A DNA stretch of 23,243 bases from Candidatus Tepidifontimicrobium thermophilum (GCA_031459915.1 JAVKHO010000026.1:1-23243), one strand, 5' to 3'; positions 6,933 through 17,251 are shown, numbered from the stretch's first letter. The notes: generated by a model not told the origin, from the letters alone. Program-made: numbers and translations.

Positions 6933-8513
6933 GTGGAGCCGGGCAGCGTGAGGGAACAGGCCCCGCGCGTGCAGATGCGCGGGATCCACAAGGTCTACCC
7001 AGACGGCACCGCAGCCCTCAAGGGCGTAGACTTCCGCGTGCACGCGGGGGAGATCGTCGCCCTGCTGGGGGAGAACGGCGCGGGCAAGACCACCCTGATG
7101 AAGGTGCTCTCGGGCCTGCTCCGGCCCACCCGAGGGGCGATCTTCGTGGACGGCCGGCCGGTGCTGTTCCGCAACCCTTCCGACGCCCTGCGGTGTGGGA
7201 TCGGGATGGTGCACCAGGTGTTCACCCTCGTCCCGCCCTTCACCGCGTTGCAGAACGTCCTGCTGGGTCAGGAGGGGACCGGGGCGTTGAGCCCCCTGCC
7301 GGAGGCGTCGGCCCGGGCCAGGGTAGCCGCCCTGCTGGAGGAGGTCGGCCTTGAGGTGCCCCTGGACGTGCCCGTGGAGTCGCTGCCGGTGGGCGTCCAG
7401 CAGCGGGTGGAGATCTGCAAGACCCTGTACCGGGGGACCTCCGTGCTGATCCTGGACGAGCCCACCTCCGCCCTCACGCCCGTGGAGGTGGAGGAGTTCT
7501 TCCGGTTCCTCCGCCGGCTGCGGGACCGCGGTGCCGCCATCGTCCTGATCACCCACAAACTGCGGGAGGTCCTGGAGGTCAGCGACCGTGTGGTGGTGTT
7601 GCGCCAGGGGCTCGTGGCGGGCGAACTGCCCACGAGCTCCGCGACCGCGGAGAAGCTGGCGGAGCTGATGGTAGGCCAGCTCACGGCCCTGCGGGTGCGC
7701 AAAAGCCCGCGGGCGCCAGGCAAGCCCGTGCTGTCCGTACGTGGGCTCACGGTCCGGAACGACCAGGGGCGCGTGGCAGTCCGTGACCTGTCCTTCGACG
7801 TCCGGGAGGGCGAGATCGTGGGGGTGGCGGGCGTGGAGGGCAACGGACAGAGCGAGCTGGTGCAGGCCCTCACGGGCCTCCGTCAGCCGGACTCAGGGGA
7901 GGTCTACCTGGAAGGGGAGCGCGTGCCGTTTGTGGAGCCGCTGGCCCTGTACCGTCGGGGCCTAGCGCACGTGCCGGAGGACAAGGCGCGGTTCGGCCTG
8001 GCCCTGGGTTTTGACCTGGTGGAGAACAGCATCCTGGGCCGTCAGCGGGAGCCGCAGTTCGTCCGCCGGTTGGGCCGCCTGAACCGCCCAGTCATCCTGC
8101 GGTACGCGCAGGACCTAGTCCGCCGCTTCCACGTGGTGGCCCCGGACCTCGCGACCCCTGTCCGCAGCCTGAGCGGCGGGAACCAGCAGCGGTTGCTCGT
8201 GGGCCGGGAGATCAGCAAGGAGCCCAGGCTGGTGGTGGCGATGCACCCGACCCGGGGGCTGGACGTGGCCTCCACCCTGTACATCCGGGAGCTGCTGGTC
8301 CAGATGCGGGACGCCGGAAAGGCGGTGCTGCTCGTGTCCGCGGACCTGGACGAGGTCCTGGAGCTCAGCGACCGGATCGCGGTGATGTACGCCGGACAGT
8401 TCGTCGGCCTGGGCCCTGCGGATCAGTTCCGGAGGGAGACGGTGGGGCTTCTGATGGGCGGGGTGGTGCCTGCGGACGATGCGGACGCCGCGCGCGCTCC
8501 GTCCCCTCACTGA
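6933..8513 (+). CDS. Nucleoside/sugar ABC transporter ATP-binding protein (tandem NBD, CUT2 family)
   Basis: Walker A GENGAGKT, ILDEPT, degenerate second P-loop GVEGNGQS, LSGGNQQ, PTRGLD. The start could alternatively be ATG 6975. Confidence 0.94.
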   Translation: MEPGSVREQAPRVQMRGIHKVYPDGTAALKGVDFRVHAGEIVALLGENGAGKTTLMKVLSGLLRPTRGAIFVDGRPVLFRNPSDALRCGIGMVHQVFTLVPPFTALQNVLLGQEGTGALSPLPEASARARVAALLEEVGLEVPLDVPVESLPVGVQQRVEICKTLYRGTSVLILDEPTSALTPVEVEEFFRFLRRLRDRGAAIVLITHKLREVLEVSDRVVVLRQGLVAGELPTSSATAEKLAELMVGQLTALRVRKSPRAPGKPVLSVRGLTVRNDQGRVAVRDLSFDVREGEIVGVAGVEGNGQSELVQALTGLRQPDSGEVYLEGERVPFVEPLALYRRGLAHVPEDKARFGLALGFDLVENSILGRQREPQFVRRLGRLNRPVILRYAQDLVRRFHVVAPDLATPVRSLSGGNQQRLLVGREISKEPRLVVAMHPTRGLDVASTLYIRELLVQMRDAGKAVLLVSADLDEVLELSDRIAVMYAGQFVGLGPADQFRRETVGLLMGGVVPADDADAARAPSPH

Positions 8514-9519
8514 GTCCCTGGCCACCGTGGCCCTGGGCCTGGTGGCCGGCGGGTTACTTATCTGGGCCTTCGGCCATTCACCTGTGGCCGCCTACCGGGC
8601 GCTGGCGGTCGGGGCTTTCGGGACCCGCGAGGACCTGCTGGAGACCCTGGCGTTCGCCACGCCCCTCATGCTCACCGCGCTGACCTTCGCGGTGGGCGTG
8701 CGGGCCGGGCTGTTCAACATCGGCGCCGAGGGCCAGATGTATCTCGGTGCGGTGGGTGCCACCTTCGTGGCGGGGATGGTCCCCATGCCCGCGGGAGTGC
8801 ACCTGGCTGCGGCCACCCTCGCCGGGATGGCCGCGGGAGCGCTGTGGGCGCTGATCCCGGCGGTGCTGAAGGCGTGGCGGGGAGCCCACGAGGTCATCTC
8901 CACCATCATGTGCAACTGGATCGCCCTGCACCTGTCCATGTACCTCGCCATCAACTTCCTGGCGGAACCCGGACGGGCAGAGCGGACCGTGCCCGCGCTG
9001 CCCACCGCCCGGTACCCTGTGCTCAGCGAGGAGAGCACCCTGACCGCGGTGCTGTTCGTGGCCGTGGGCTTCGCCCTGGTGGTGTACGCGTACCTGTGGG
9101 GCACCCGGGCGGGCTACGAGCTGAGGCTCGCGGGGGAGAACCCCGACGCGGCACGGTACGCGGGGGTGCGCCCCGAGCGGGTGGTGGTGTTGAGCTTCGT
9201 GATCGGCGGGCTGGCGGCCGGTCTGGCCGGCGCCAGCCAGGTGATCGGCCGTCCTCCCGCCTGGTCCCTGTACGCCACCCTGGGCAACGTGACCACCCTG
9301 GGCTTCGACGGGATCGGCGTGGCCCTGGTGGGCCGCAACCACCCCGTGGGCGGGATCCTGGCGGCGGTCCTGTTCGGCGCCTTGGCCCAGGGCGGCCGGC
9401 TGATGGAGTACGAGGTGGGTGTTTTGAGCGAGCTGGTGCGGGCCCTCAACGGCATCATCGTGTTCGCCATGGCCGTACCGGAGCTGTGGACTCTGCTGCG
9501 CAGGAGGCTTGCGCGGTGA
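8479..9519 (+). CDS. Nucleoside ABC transporter permease 1
   Basis: [33 protein letters not shown]. Multiple hydrophobic segments. Confidence 0.92.
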   Translation: MRTPRALRPLTESLATVALGLVAGGLLIWAFGHSPVAAYRALAVGAFGTREDLLETLAFATPLMLTALTFAVGVRAGLFNIGAEGQMYLGAVGATFVAGMVPMPAGVHLAAATLAGMAAGALWALIPAVLKAWRGAHEVISTIMCNWIALHLSMYLAINFLAEPGRAERTVPALPTARYPVLSEESTLTAVLFVAVGFALVVYAYLWGTRAGYELRLAGENPDAARYAGVRPERVVVLSFVIGGLAAGLAGASQVIGRPPAWSLYATLGNVTTLGFDGIGVALVGRNHPVGGILAAVLFGALAQGGRLMEYEVGVLSELVRALNGIIVFAMAVPELWTLLRRRLAR

Positions 9520-10484
9520 GGTGGGTGTGGTGGCTGGTGGCTGCCGCGGTCTTGGTGGGGGCACCGAGGCTTCTGGAACGGGCGGGCCTACCTCCCGTGT
9601 CCCTGCTTGAGACCGGCTTGCTGGCCATGACGCCGCTGGCCCTGGCGGCGGTGGGCGAGTGCCTGAACGAGAAGGCCGGGCTGGTGAACATCGGCCTGGA
9701 GGCCATCTTCATGGTCAGCGCCACGGTGGCCGTGTGGTTTGCAGAAGTGGGACGCAGCGGTTACACGGGGCTTCTGGGCGGGGCGGCAGTGGGCGCGCTG
9801 CTGGGCCTGGGGCTGGGAGCGGTGAGCGTGTACGGGCGTGCGGACCAGATCATCGCGGGCATGGGGCTGAACGTTTTCGCGCTGGGGTTCGTGCCGTTCC
9901 TGCTCATCAGCCTGTGGGCCTTTCCGGGGATCCACGTGTTCCCCAACGAGCTCATGGTCCCGCGGGTCAGCACGCCGGTGGGCCAAGTCAGCCCCGTCAC
10001 CCTGGCCGCGGTGGCGTTGGCGGTGCTGGCCCACCTCCTGCTGCACCGCACCGTGCTGGGCTTCCGGATCCGCGCGGTGGGCGAGAAGCCGGAGGCGGTG
10101 GACGTGGCGGGCCTGAGGGTGGACCGGCTGCGGCTGCTGACGGCCACGGTGGGCGGGGCCCTGGCAGGGCTGGGGGGAGCCTTCCTGCCCCTGGGCTGGT
10201 TCGGGGCGCTGGTGAAGGAGATCTCCGCGGGGAGGGGATTCATCGCGCTGGCGTGCGTGGTGTTCGCCGGGCTGGAGCCCCTTTTGGCCCTGGGTGCCGC
10301 GCTGCTGTTCGGCCTGGCGGACGGGTTCGCCTCCGCCGTGGCCGTCACTCCAGGGGTGAAGGAGCGCGTACCGTTCTACTTCGTGGCGATGATCCCCTAC
10401 GCCCTCACCCTGGGCGTGGTAGCGGCGGTGATCGGCCGGCGCCGGTTCCCCAGCACCGTGGGCCGGCCGTACGCACGGGAATGA
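9516..10484 (+). CDS. Nucleoside ABC transporter permease 2
   Basis: [38 protein letters not shown] overlap with permease 1. Confidence 0.92.
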   Translation: MRWVWWLVAAAVLVGAPRLLERAGLPPVSLLETGLLAMTPLALAAVGECLNEKAGLVNIGLEAIFMVSATVAVWFAEVGRSGYTGLLGGAAVGALLGLGLGAVSVYGRADQIIAGMGLNVFALGFVPFLLISLWAFPGIHVFPNELMVPRVSTPVGQVSPVTLAAVALAVLAHLLLHRTVLGFRIRAVGEKPEAVDVAGLRVDRLRLLTATVGGALAGLGGAFLPLGWFGALVKEISAGRGFIALACVVFAGLEPLLALGAALLFGLADGFASAVAVTPGVKERVPFYFVAMIPYALTLGVVAAVIGRRRFPSTVGRPYARE

Positions 10485-11275
10485 GGTGCTGGTGGCTGGT
10501 CCCCTGTGTGACGCTGGCTGTGGCCTGCCAGCCCACTGGCCGTCTGGACCGGACGGCTTCGCCCGTGAAGTGGGAGGTGCTGCGGGGGGACGGTTTTGCG
10601 GTCACGGACGGCCGGCACCGTTTCAGGCTTCCGGACGCGCCGGACTTTTTGCCTCGCGAGGAGCCGTGGCGGATAGTCAGCACCCCCGACACCGACGGGG
10701 ACGGCCGTCCTGAGGCGGTCGTAGAAGGGTTCACGGGCGGTGCCCACTGCTGTTTCGTGTACCTGGTCTTCGAAAGCCGGCCGGGCGCGGTCCACCAGCT
10801 GGACCGCTTTGACCTGGGAAACGGGCGCCTCGAGCGGGCAGAAGATCTGGACCGCGACGGCCGAAGTGAGCTGCTGGCCGGTGACGATCGCCTGGCTTAC
10901 TTCGACGACCTGCCCTTCGCGTACTCGCCCATGCTGCCGTTGGTCCTCTGCCGGAGCAGGGAGGGCCGGTTCGAGGACTGCACCGAGCGCTTTCCAAGGC
11001 TGCTTTCGTCGGAGCTTGAGCGGGCCACGCGGTCCCTGGAGGACAAGGTCCGCCGCCTCCGCACGCAAGCGGCGGACCGCGAGGTCACCGAGCTGGTGGC
11101 TCGGTCGGAAGCCCTGACGGTGTTTGTCCTCACCGACCGTCTGGGAAAGCCCGAGGACGGCCGGGCCCGGGTCCGGCGGTTGTGCCCGGCGTGCCTGCAC
11201 TGGCTCGACCGTCATTCGGAGGAGCTCTCGCAGGTGCTCCGGAGCCCTAGGCCGCGGCCGTGGTCGGGGAATTAG
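10481..11275 (+). CDS. Hypothetical lipoprotein with DxDGDG-type Ca-binding loops and GGAHCC motif (264 aa)
   Basis: ATGA overlap with permease 2. Signal peptide ending [14 protein letters not shown] and DLDRDGRSE repeats. Confidence 0.75.
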   Translation: MRCWWLVPCVTLAVACQPTGRLDRTASPVKWEVLRGDGFAVTDGRHRFRLPDAPDFLPREEPWRIVSTPDTDGDGRPEAVVEGFTGGAHCCFVYLVFESRPGAVHQLDRFDLGNGRLERAEDLDRDGRSELLAGDDRLAYFDDLPFAYSPMLPLVLCRSREGRFEDCTERFPRLLSSELERATRSLEDKVRRLRTQAADREVTELVARSEALTVFVLTDRLGKPEDGRARVRRLCPACLHWLDRHSEELSQVLRSPRPRPWSGN

Positions 11276-11303
11276 GGGAGGTGCCGGTTCCGGGCACCTC
11301 CCC
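11275..11303. terminator. Hairpin between convergent genes (probable terminator)
   Basis: 11-bp perfect stem GGGGAGGTGCC/GGCACCTCCCC with a 7-nt loop. No clear U-tract. Confidence 0.65.
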
Positions 11304-11309
11304 GGGCGT

Positions 11310-12197
11310 TCAGGACGCCGCGAGCTTCCGCGCGAGCTCCGCGATCTCCTCCGCGGACAGGCCAGGTGCGAACTCCTCGGGCAGGTCGGGCAGCACGGGG
11401 ATGGGACCACCTGCAGGCGGTCCGTCCGCTACCACGAGGTCCCCGTCACCCGAGGGCGACGGTCCCCGCCAGATCCGTGCTACGTCCCGGTAGTCGTCCG
11501 GGCTGAACCGGTACAGAGTCCGGTGCACGCCCGCCGCCTCGTACTTTCGTGCTTCGGGGAACTTTGAGTTGGGGATGTTGGGGATGGGCAGGAGCCGGTG
11601 CACCGCGACGCCTGTGAGGGTTTCCAGGGCCTTACCGTACGCCGTGGCGTGGACGCCGCCCCGCACCAGCAGGTACCCGATCATCTCCCGGGCCACGGGG
11701 TTCCGCGTCATCTCGTACACCCGGATCTTGTGGAGCCGGGCGCCGCACTCCAGGAAGAAATTGTGGAGCAGGTCCAAGACCAGGTTCCCGCTGTTGAACA
11801 CGTAGTCCCCGTGCCAGAAGCCGCCCGTGGAGCCGCCCACGAAGGCGGTTTGGGCCGTCGACACGAAGTGGTAGGTGGACCGGACATCCTTGCCCGGCTG
11901 GAGGGGTGCGTCCTCCGGGGGTGCGGGCTTGGTGGAGCCCACCAAGAGGAGGTTAATGGTCGCCGACACCAGCTCGATGTGGCCCAGCTCTTCGGTGGCG
12001 ATGTTGGCCACCAGGTCCCGGTAGGGCCGAAGCTGCTGGTGGTTCCGGAAGTTGAACGACTGGTACGTGTAGTTCATCAGGGTGGACATCTCGCCGAAAC
12101 GGCCGCCCAGCAGATCCTGTACGGCTGCGGCGGCATTGGGGTCGGGCTCCCTGGGCGCGGGCAGCTCGATCTGGAGGCGGTCCACTCGCAGGTACAC
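11310..12197 (-). CDS. Manganese catalase (295 aa)
   Basis: YLRVDRLQIELP, LGGRFGEMSTLMNY, EELGHIELV, HNFFLE, RGGVH closely resemble the Thermus-type dimanganese catalase. GTG start after GGAGGTGA. Confidence 0.94.
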   Translation of the reverse strand: MYLRVDRLQIELPAPREPDPNAAAAVQDLLGGRFGEMSTLMNYTYQSFNFRNHQQLRPYRDLVANIATEELGHIELVSATINLLLVGSTKPAPPEDAPLQPGKDVRSTYHFVSTAQTAFVGGSTGGFWHGDYVFNSGNLVLDLLHNFFLECGARLHKIRVYEMTRNPVAREMIGYLLVRGGVHATAYGKALETLTGVAVHRLLPIPNIPNSKFPEARKYEAAGVHRTLYRFSPDDYRDVARIWRGPSPSGDGDLVVADGPPAGGPIPVLPDLPEEFAPGLSAEEIAELARKLAAS

Positions 12198-12344
12198 CGT
12201 CGTCACCTCCTCGCTGTGGGGTCGCAACCGGATTGTGGACGCGCCGGGACGTGCGGGGCCACGCCCGAACCGACCCAGACCCTGCCCTCTCCGACCGTTC
12301 CCCGGTTCCCGGACGCTTGGACGTCTGCTAAATCTGGTGTTGCG

Positions 12345-13229
12345 ATGCACCCGGCCTTTCGCGCGCGGACCGAGCTCCCTCCCTATCCTCGGTGCGAGGC
12401 GGTGGATGCCTGGGGCTGGGTCTGGGAGCACGCGGAGTTCCGCTTTCTCGGCGCGGAGGAGTCGGCGCGGCCCGAGGGCTGGAGCTCGCCGGGCCTCGAG
12501 CCGCACTCCACGGTGGTGCTGGTGGTGGAGGGGGCCGCCACCTGCACGGTCGCGGGACGGCCGGTCGCTGCCCGGGCCGGGGACCTCCTGTGGGTGCCGG
12601 AGAGTACCCCGTATGCGGTTCGCACCCGCGGGCCGGTCTGGCACGCGGTGGGCGTCCGCTTCACCGCTCGTGTGGCCGGGGCGCATTGCCTCCTGAGCCT
12701 CCTGGGGTTCCCTCCCGTGGTGCGGGACCTCCAGGGGGCGCTGCAGGACTTCCGGGAGCTGGTCCGGCTCCAGCGGTACACGCCAGGCGGATGGCGGCAG
12801 CGGGCCAGTGCCCTGGTAGCCGCCCTCGTCCTCCGCGTGGTGCACGAGCAGCCGCACCACCTGACCCCAGACGCCGCGGTGCGCCAGCTCCGGGCCCTGC
12901 GGTGGCTGTGCCCGGTCCTTCAGCTGGCAGGGCGTTCGGACGGACGGGTCGCAGTCCAGGACGTAGCCAGGGCCCTGTCCTGGTCCGCCACGCACCTGCG
13001 GAGGGTCTTCCGCGCGGCCCTCGGCGTGAGCCCGCACCAGTGGTTGCTGGAGCGCCGCCTCAAACGGGCCGCGGACCTGTTGGCGACTACCGAGCAGCCC
13101 GTGGAAGAGGTGGCGCGGGTGGCGGGCTACGAAAGCGTGTCGCACTTCCACCGCAGCTTCAAGCGCAGGTTCGGTTGCACTCCGGCGCAGTACCGCGCCC
13201 GGCTGGCGGGTAGGCAGGATCTGGGCTAG
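12345..13229 (+). CDS. AraC/XylS-family transcriptional regulator
   Basis: N-terminal cupin-like domain (AGDLLWVP). C-terminal double HTH with GYESVSHFHRSFKRRFGCTPAQYR. Confidence 0.9.
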   Translation: MHPAFRARTELPPYPRCEAVDAWGWVWEHAEFRFLGAEESARPEGWSSPGLEPHSTVVLVVEGAATCTVAGRPVAARAGDLLWVPESTPYAVRTRGPVWHAVGVRFTARVAGAHCLLSLLGFPPVVRDLQGALQDFRELVRLQRYTPGGWRQRASALVAALVLRVVHEQPHHLTPDAAVRQLRALRWLCPVLQLAGRSDGRVAVQDVARALSWSATHLRRVFRAALGVSPHQWLLERRLKRAADLLATTEQPVEEVARVAGYESVSHFHRSFKRRFGCTPAQYRARLAGRQDLG

Positions 13230-13274
13230 ATCGCCTTCCCCGGTCAGGTCAGGAACCGATACCATAGGGCGTGG

Positions 13275-14069
13275 ATGACTCCCAGGCGCAGCGCGCAGGG
13301 GCCCGTCTCCGGGGGTGGGACCGGGTCGGTCCGCGTCGGGGAGGTTTTGCGTACCCGGCGCGAAGCCCTGGGCCTTTCTGTCGAACAGGTGCACGCCCAG
13401 CTCCGCATCCCCACCCGCTGGCTGAGGGCTATCGAGGAAGAGCAGTTCGAAGGGTTCGACTCGCCGCAGTACGCCAAGGGTTTCGTGCGGTCGTACGCGG
13501 AGTTCCTCGGGCTGGAAGCCGAGCCCCTGGTACAGGCTGTGGCAGCGCGCGTGGGTCCCGGGCCCAAGCCGCAGCTGGTGGCGCCCAGCGGCGAGGTGCC
13601 CATCCGGCCTGTAGCCCCGCCGTCACGGCTCCGGCGCGTCCTGGCGTGGGCGGTCCTCGCCGCGGCGGCAGGCCTCCTCTGGCTGGGATACGTGGGCTAC
13701 CGCCAGCTCCGGGCTTTCTACGCCACCGGCGAGCCGGCTCCTGCGGCCAGTCCCCTGGTGCCGACAGGCGATCAGCCACAGGCGTTGCCGAGCCCTGCCC
13801 TGCCGCCACCGGCCATGGCAAGCGAGACCGCGGTACGGGTGGTCCTCGCCGCGGAGGACGTCTCGTGGCTGCGGGTGGTGGCGGACGGCCGCCGGGTATT
13901 CGAGGGGTTCATCCGGGCAGGGGAGCGCAGGGAGTGGGAGGCCTCCGAGAGCCTGCACGTGATCATCGGAAACGCGGGCGGGGTGCGGGTGCAGGTGAAC
14001 GGCAAGGACCTCGGGCTGCTCGGTGCACCGGGCGAGGTGGTCCGCCGGACCTTCACCCCGCCGCGGTAA
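13275..14069 (+). CDS. rodZ: RodZ-like protein (HTH_25, transmembrane helix, DUF4115)
   Basis: GEVLRTRRE..GLS, LRAIEEEQF, YAKGFVRSYAEFLGL, TM segment, SWLRVVADG...IGNAGGV. Confidence 0.85.
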   Translation: MTPRRSAQGPVSGGGTGSVRVGEVLRTRREALGLSVEQVHAQLRIPTRWLRAIEEEQFEGFDSPQYAKGFVRSYAEFLGLEAEPLVQAVAARVGPGPKPQLVAPSGEVPIRPVAPPSRLRRVLAWAVLAAAAGLLWLGYVGYRQLRAFYATGEPAPAASPLVPTGDQPQALPSPALPPPAMASETAVRVVLAAEDVSWLRVVADGRRVFEGFIRAGERREWEASESLHVIIGNAGGVRVQVNGKDLGLLGAPGEVVRRTFTPPR

Positions 14070-14145
14070 GAGCTGAACGAGGTTTCAGAAATACCCGGCT
14101 GGAGAGGACCGCGGGTCCGGAGCAGCCGTCCCGGAGGTTTTCGGC

Positions 14146-15408
14146 GTGGGAGAGGTCAGACGTGCCGAGGTCATCTCCGTGGGGACCGAGCTTTTGCTCG
14201 GCCAGATCACGGACACCAACGCCACCTACATCTGTCAGCGGCTGGCGGAATGTGGGATCCCGGTGTACTTCCGCCAGACGGTGGGCGACAACTTCGAGCG
14301 GGTCCAGCAGGCCTTCCGTCTGGCTTGGTCACGGGCAGAACTGGTCGTGTTCACCGGCGGGCTGGGCCCCACGGAGGACGACCTCACCAAGGAGGCGGTG
14401 GCTGCGGTCCTGGGCGCGGAGTTGGTAGAGGACCCTGGCGCTCTGGCGCACCTCGAGCAGTTCTTCGCCCGCCGCGGCCGTACCATGACCGCCAACCAGC
14501 GCCGCCAGGCCCTGATCCCGAGAGGTGCGGTGGCCATCCCGAACCGGTGGGGGACCGCGCCGGGCGTTTTCTGGGAGGCGGACGGCCGGGTGGTGGTCAT
14601 GGTCCCCGGCGTCCCGCGGGAGATGCGGGGCATGGTGGACGATTTCGTCGTCCCCGAGCTCCGTCGCCGCGGCTGGGTCGGCGAGGACGTGATCCGGTCG
14701 CGGGTCCTGCGCACCGTCGGCATCGGCGAAGGACAGCTGGAGGAGCTCGTCCGCGACCTCATCCACACCACCAACCCCACCGTGGCTCCCCTGGCCCACG
14801 TGGGAGAGGTGCACCTCCGGATCACCGCCCGCGGCTCTCCGGAGGAAGTGTCACGGCTGCTGGACGAAGCGGAGGGGAGGTTGCGCGAGCGCCTCGGCGA
14901 CGCGGTGTACGGCGTGGACGACGAGACCCTGGACGAGGTGGTGGCGCGGTTGCTCCGGGACAGCGGGCTGCGCGTGGCGGTGGCGGAGTCCTGCACGGGC
15001 GGGCTGGTGGGCGAGCGGCTGACCGCGGTCCCGGGCAGCTCCGCGTACTTCCTGGGCGGGGTGGTGGCGTACGGAAACGAAGCGAAAGTGAAGCTGCTGG
15101 GCGTCCCGCAGCGCCTGCTCGAGCAGTTCGGGGCGGTCTCCGCGGAGGTGGCGGAAGCCATGGCCCGCGGCGTGCGGGAAACGTTCCGGGCGGATCTGGG
15201 GCTCGGCGTCACGGGTGTGGCGGGTCCGGGGGGCGGCACGGAGGCTAAGCCCGTGGGACGGGTGTACCTAGCGGTCGCGGACCCGCGGTCCAGCCGCACG
15301 GTGCGGGCAGACTTTGGAGAGGAGCCCGGTCGGGAGGGCGTGCGCCGGCTGGCGAGCCAGGCGGCTCTGAACCTGCTGCGGCGCTACCTGCTGGAGCGGG
15401 GAGGCTAG
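14146..15408 (+). CDS. cinA: Competence/damage-inducible protein CinA (COG1058 domain plus PncC NMN deamidase)
   Basis: VGTELLLGQITDTNA, GGLGPTEDDLT, GTAPG, PGVPREM, AESCTGG, GSSAYF, TGVAGPGGG. Confidence 0.95.
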   Translation: MGEVRRAEVISVGTELLLGQITDTNATYICQRLAECGIPVYFRQTVGDNFERVQQAFRLAWSRAELVVFTGGLGPTEDDLTKEAVAAVLGAELVEDPGALAHLEQFFARRGRTMTANQRRQALIPRGAVAIPNRWGTAPGVFWEADGRVVVMVPGVPREMRGMVDDFVVPELRRRGWVGEDVIRSRVLRTVGIGEGQLEELVRDLIHTTNPTVAPLAHVGEVHLRITARGSPEEVSRLLDEAEGRLRERLGDAVYGVDDETLDEVVARLLRDSGLRVAVAESCTGGLVGERLTAVPGSSAYFLGGVVAYGNEAKVKLLGVPQRLLEQFGAVSAEVAEAMARGVRETFRADLGLGVTGVAGPGGGTEAKPVGRVYLAVADPRSSRTVRADFGEEPGREGVRRLASQAALNLLRRYLLERGG

Positions 15409-15481
15409 CACGGATACCGGCAAGGGATCACGCAGGCACCCTGCAGTCGTCGGAGCGGGAGACCCGGATTCGGGTGCCGGC

Positions 15482-16066
15482 GTGCTGCGCCTGTTCGTGG
15501 CCGTCAACCTGGACCCGTCCCTCCGGCCCAAGGTAGAGGACTTGCGGCGCAGGCTCCTGGAGGCGTGGCCGCAGGGCGCACGCCTGGTAAAGTGGGTGGA
15601 ACCCCAAAACCTGCACCTCACCCTCAAGTTCCTGGGCCCGGTGGAGGCGTCCCGGGCGTCCCGCGTGGCCGAGGCCCTGCGCGTGGTGGAGTCCGCCCCG
15701 CCGTTCGACCTGCACCTGGTGGGCCTGGGCGCTTTTCCGCGGCCCCGTGGCGCTCGGGTGCTGTGGGTCGGAGTGGGGGAGGGGTCCGAGGATTTGGGGC
15801 GGCTGGCACGTGCAGTCGAAGATGCCCTGGAGCCCCTGGGGTTCGCGCGGGAAGCGCGGCCGTTTTCCGCCCACCTCACCATCGGCCGCCTGAGGACCCC
15901 TGCGTACCACCCGGAGCTTGAATCGGCCCTGGACCGCAAGTCGCGTGTCGAAATCGGCTCCCAGCGCGTTCACTCAGTGGAGCTGGTGCAGAGCAGCCTG
16001 CGGCCCACCGGGCCGGTGTACACGGTGGTACGGTCGTACCGGCTGGCCGGAGAGGCTGGGAGTTGA
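15482..16066 (+). CDS. thpR: RNA 2',3'-cyclic phosphodiesterase (2H family)
   Basis: RLFVA start, two HxT motifs (HLTLKFLG, HLTIGR), GPVY. Conserved cinA-thpR-recA context. Confidence 0.92.
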   Translation: MLRLFVAVNLDPSLRPKVEDLRRRLLEAWPQGARLVKWVEPQNLHLTLKFLGPVEASRASRVAEALRVVESAPPFDLHLVGLGAFPRPRGARVLWVGVGEGSEDLGRLARAVEDALEPLGFAREARPFSAHLTIGRLRTPAYHPELESALDRKSRVEIGSQRVHSVELVQSSLRPTGPVYTVVRSYRLAGEAGS

Positions 16067-16091
16067 CATGCAAACGTACGTTTGATAACGT
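16063..16091 (+). promoter_or_regulatory. recA promoter
   Basis: Perfect -35 TTGACA (16063-16068), 17-bp spacer, TGn-TAACGT -10 (16086-16091). AT-rich patch in a GC-rich background. Confidence 0.8.
16071..16084. promoter_or_regulatory. LexA (SOS/Cheo-type) operator
   Basis: Perfect 14-bp palindrome CAAAC-GTAC-GTTTG in the recA promoter spacer, a variant of CGAAC-N4-GTTCG. Confidence 0.75.
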
Positions 16092-16117
16092 TTGGACAAC
16101 GTACAGGGAGGCGGACC

Positions 16118-17188
16118 ATGAACGAGCGGCAGAAGGCCCTGGAGCTGGCCCTGGCCCAGATCGAGCGGCAGTTCGGCAAGGGCTCCATCATGAAGCTGGG
16201 GGAGGCTTCCCAGCGGCTGGCGGTGGACGTGATCCCCACCGGCGCCCTCAGCCTGGACGTAGCGTTGGGGGTCGGCGGGGTTCCCCGGGGGAGGGTGGTG
16301 GAGATCTACGGGCCCGAGTCCTCCGGGAAGACCACCCTGGGCTACCACATCATTGCGGAAGCCCAGCGGGAGGGCGGGGTGGCGGCCTTCATCGACGCGG
16401 AGCACGCCCTGGATCCCAACTACGCGCGGGCCCTGGGCGTGAATTTGGACGAGCTGCTCATCTCGCAGCCCGACAGCGGCGAGCAGGCGCTGGAGATCGC
16501 CGAGACCCTGGTCCGGTCCGGGGCGGTGGACGTGATCGTGGTGGACTCTGTGGCGGCCCTGGTCCCCCGCGCGGAGCTGGAGGGCGACATGGGCGACGCG
16601 CACGTGGGGCTGCAGGCACGGCTGATGTCCCAGGCCCTGCGCAAGCTCGTCGGTGCCATCAACCGGTCCCGCTGCGTGGTGGTCTTCATCAACCAGATCC
16701 GCGAGAAGGTGGGGGTGATGTTCGGCAACCCGGAGGTCACCACGGGCGGCCGCGCCCTCAAGTTCTACGCCTCCGTGCGCATGGAGATCCGCCGGACCGA
16801 GCACATCAAGAGCGGCGAGGAGATCAAGGGGATGCGGGCTCGGGTGAAGGTGGTGAAGAACAAGCTGGCCCCGCCCTTCCGGGAGGCGGAGGTGGAGATC
16901 TACTACGGCCGGGGGATCTCTAAGGCCGCGAGCCTGCTGGACGTCGGCACGAGCCTGGGCTTGATCCAGAAGGTGGGCACGTGGTTCAGCTACGGGGAGA
17001 TGCGCATCGGGCAAGGCCGCGACAACGCCCGGGAGTTCCTGGAGAACAACCCCGAACTGGCTGCGGAGATCGAGGCCAGGCTGCGGGAGAAGCTGGGCCT
17101 GGGCCGCCCGCGCGCGCCGCTGCCGGAAACCCCCGTGGCCGCGGAGCCCGCAGGCAAGAACAGCAAGGAAGCTCCTGCCCGGCGCTGA
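16118..17188 (+). CDS. recA: Recombinase RecA (356 aa)
   Basis: [54 protein letters not shown] after a GGGAGG RBS. No intein. Confidence 0.99.
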   Translation: MNERQKALELALAQIERQFGKGSIMKLGEASQRLAVDVIPTGALSLDVALGVGGVPRGRVVEIYGPESSGKTTLGYHIIAEAQREGGVAAFIDAEHALDPNYARALGVNLDELLISQPDSGEQALEIAETLVRSGAVDVIVVDSVAALVPRAELEGDMGDAHVGLQARLMSQALRKLVGAINRSRCVVVFINQIREKVGVMFGNPEVTTGGRALKFYASVRMEIRRTEHIKSGEEIKGMRARVKVVKNKLAPPFREAEVEIYYGRGISKAASLLDVGTSLGLIQKVGTWFSYGEMRIGQGRDNAREFLENNPELAAEIEARLREKLGLGRPRAPLPETPVAAEPAGKNSKEAPARR

Positions 17189-17251
17189 GGGCAGTCAAAA
17201 AAGCCCGCCTGCCGCGTTCACTCAACGGAATCCGTTCGGAGGAGGTGGGTC

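Noticed and set aside
11310..13394. Apparent 694-aa catalase fusion
   Set aside because: The extension is antisense to araC and rodZ. The true start is GTG 12197 with a strong RBS.
14070..14145. Absence of rimO/pgsA between rodZ and cinA
   Set aside because: Common variation in this gene cluster. No remnant is visible.
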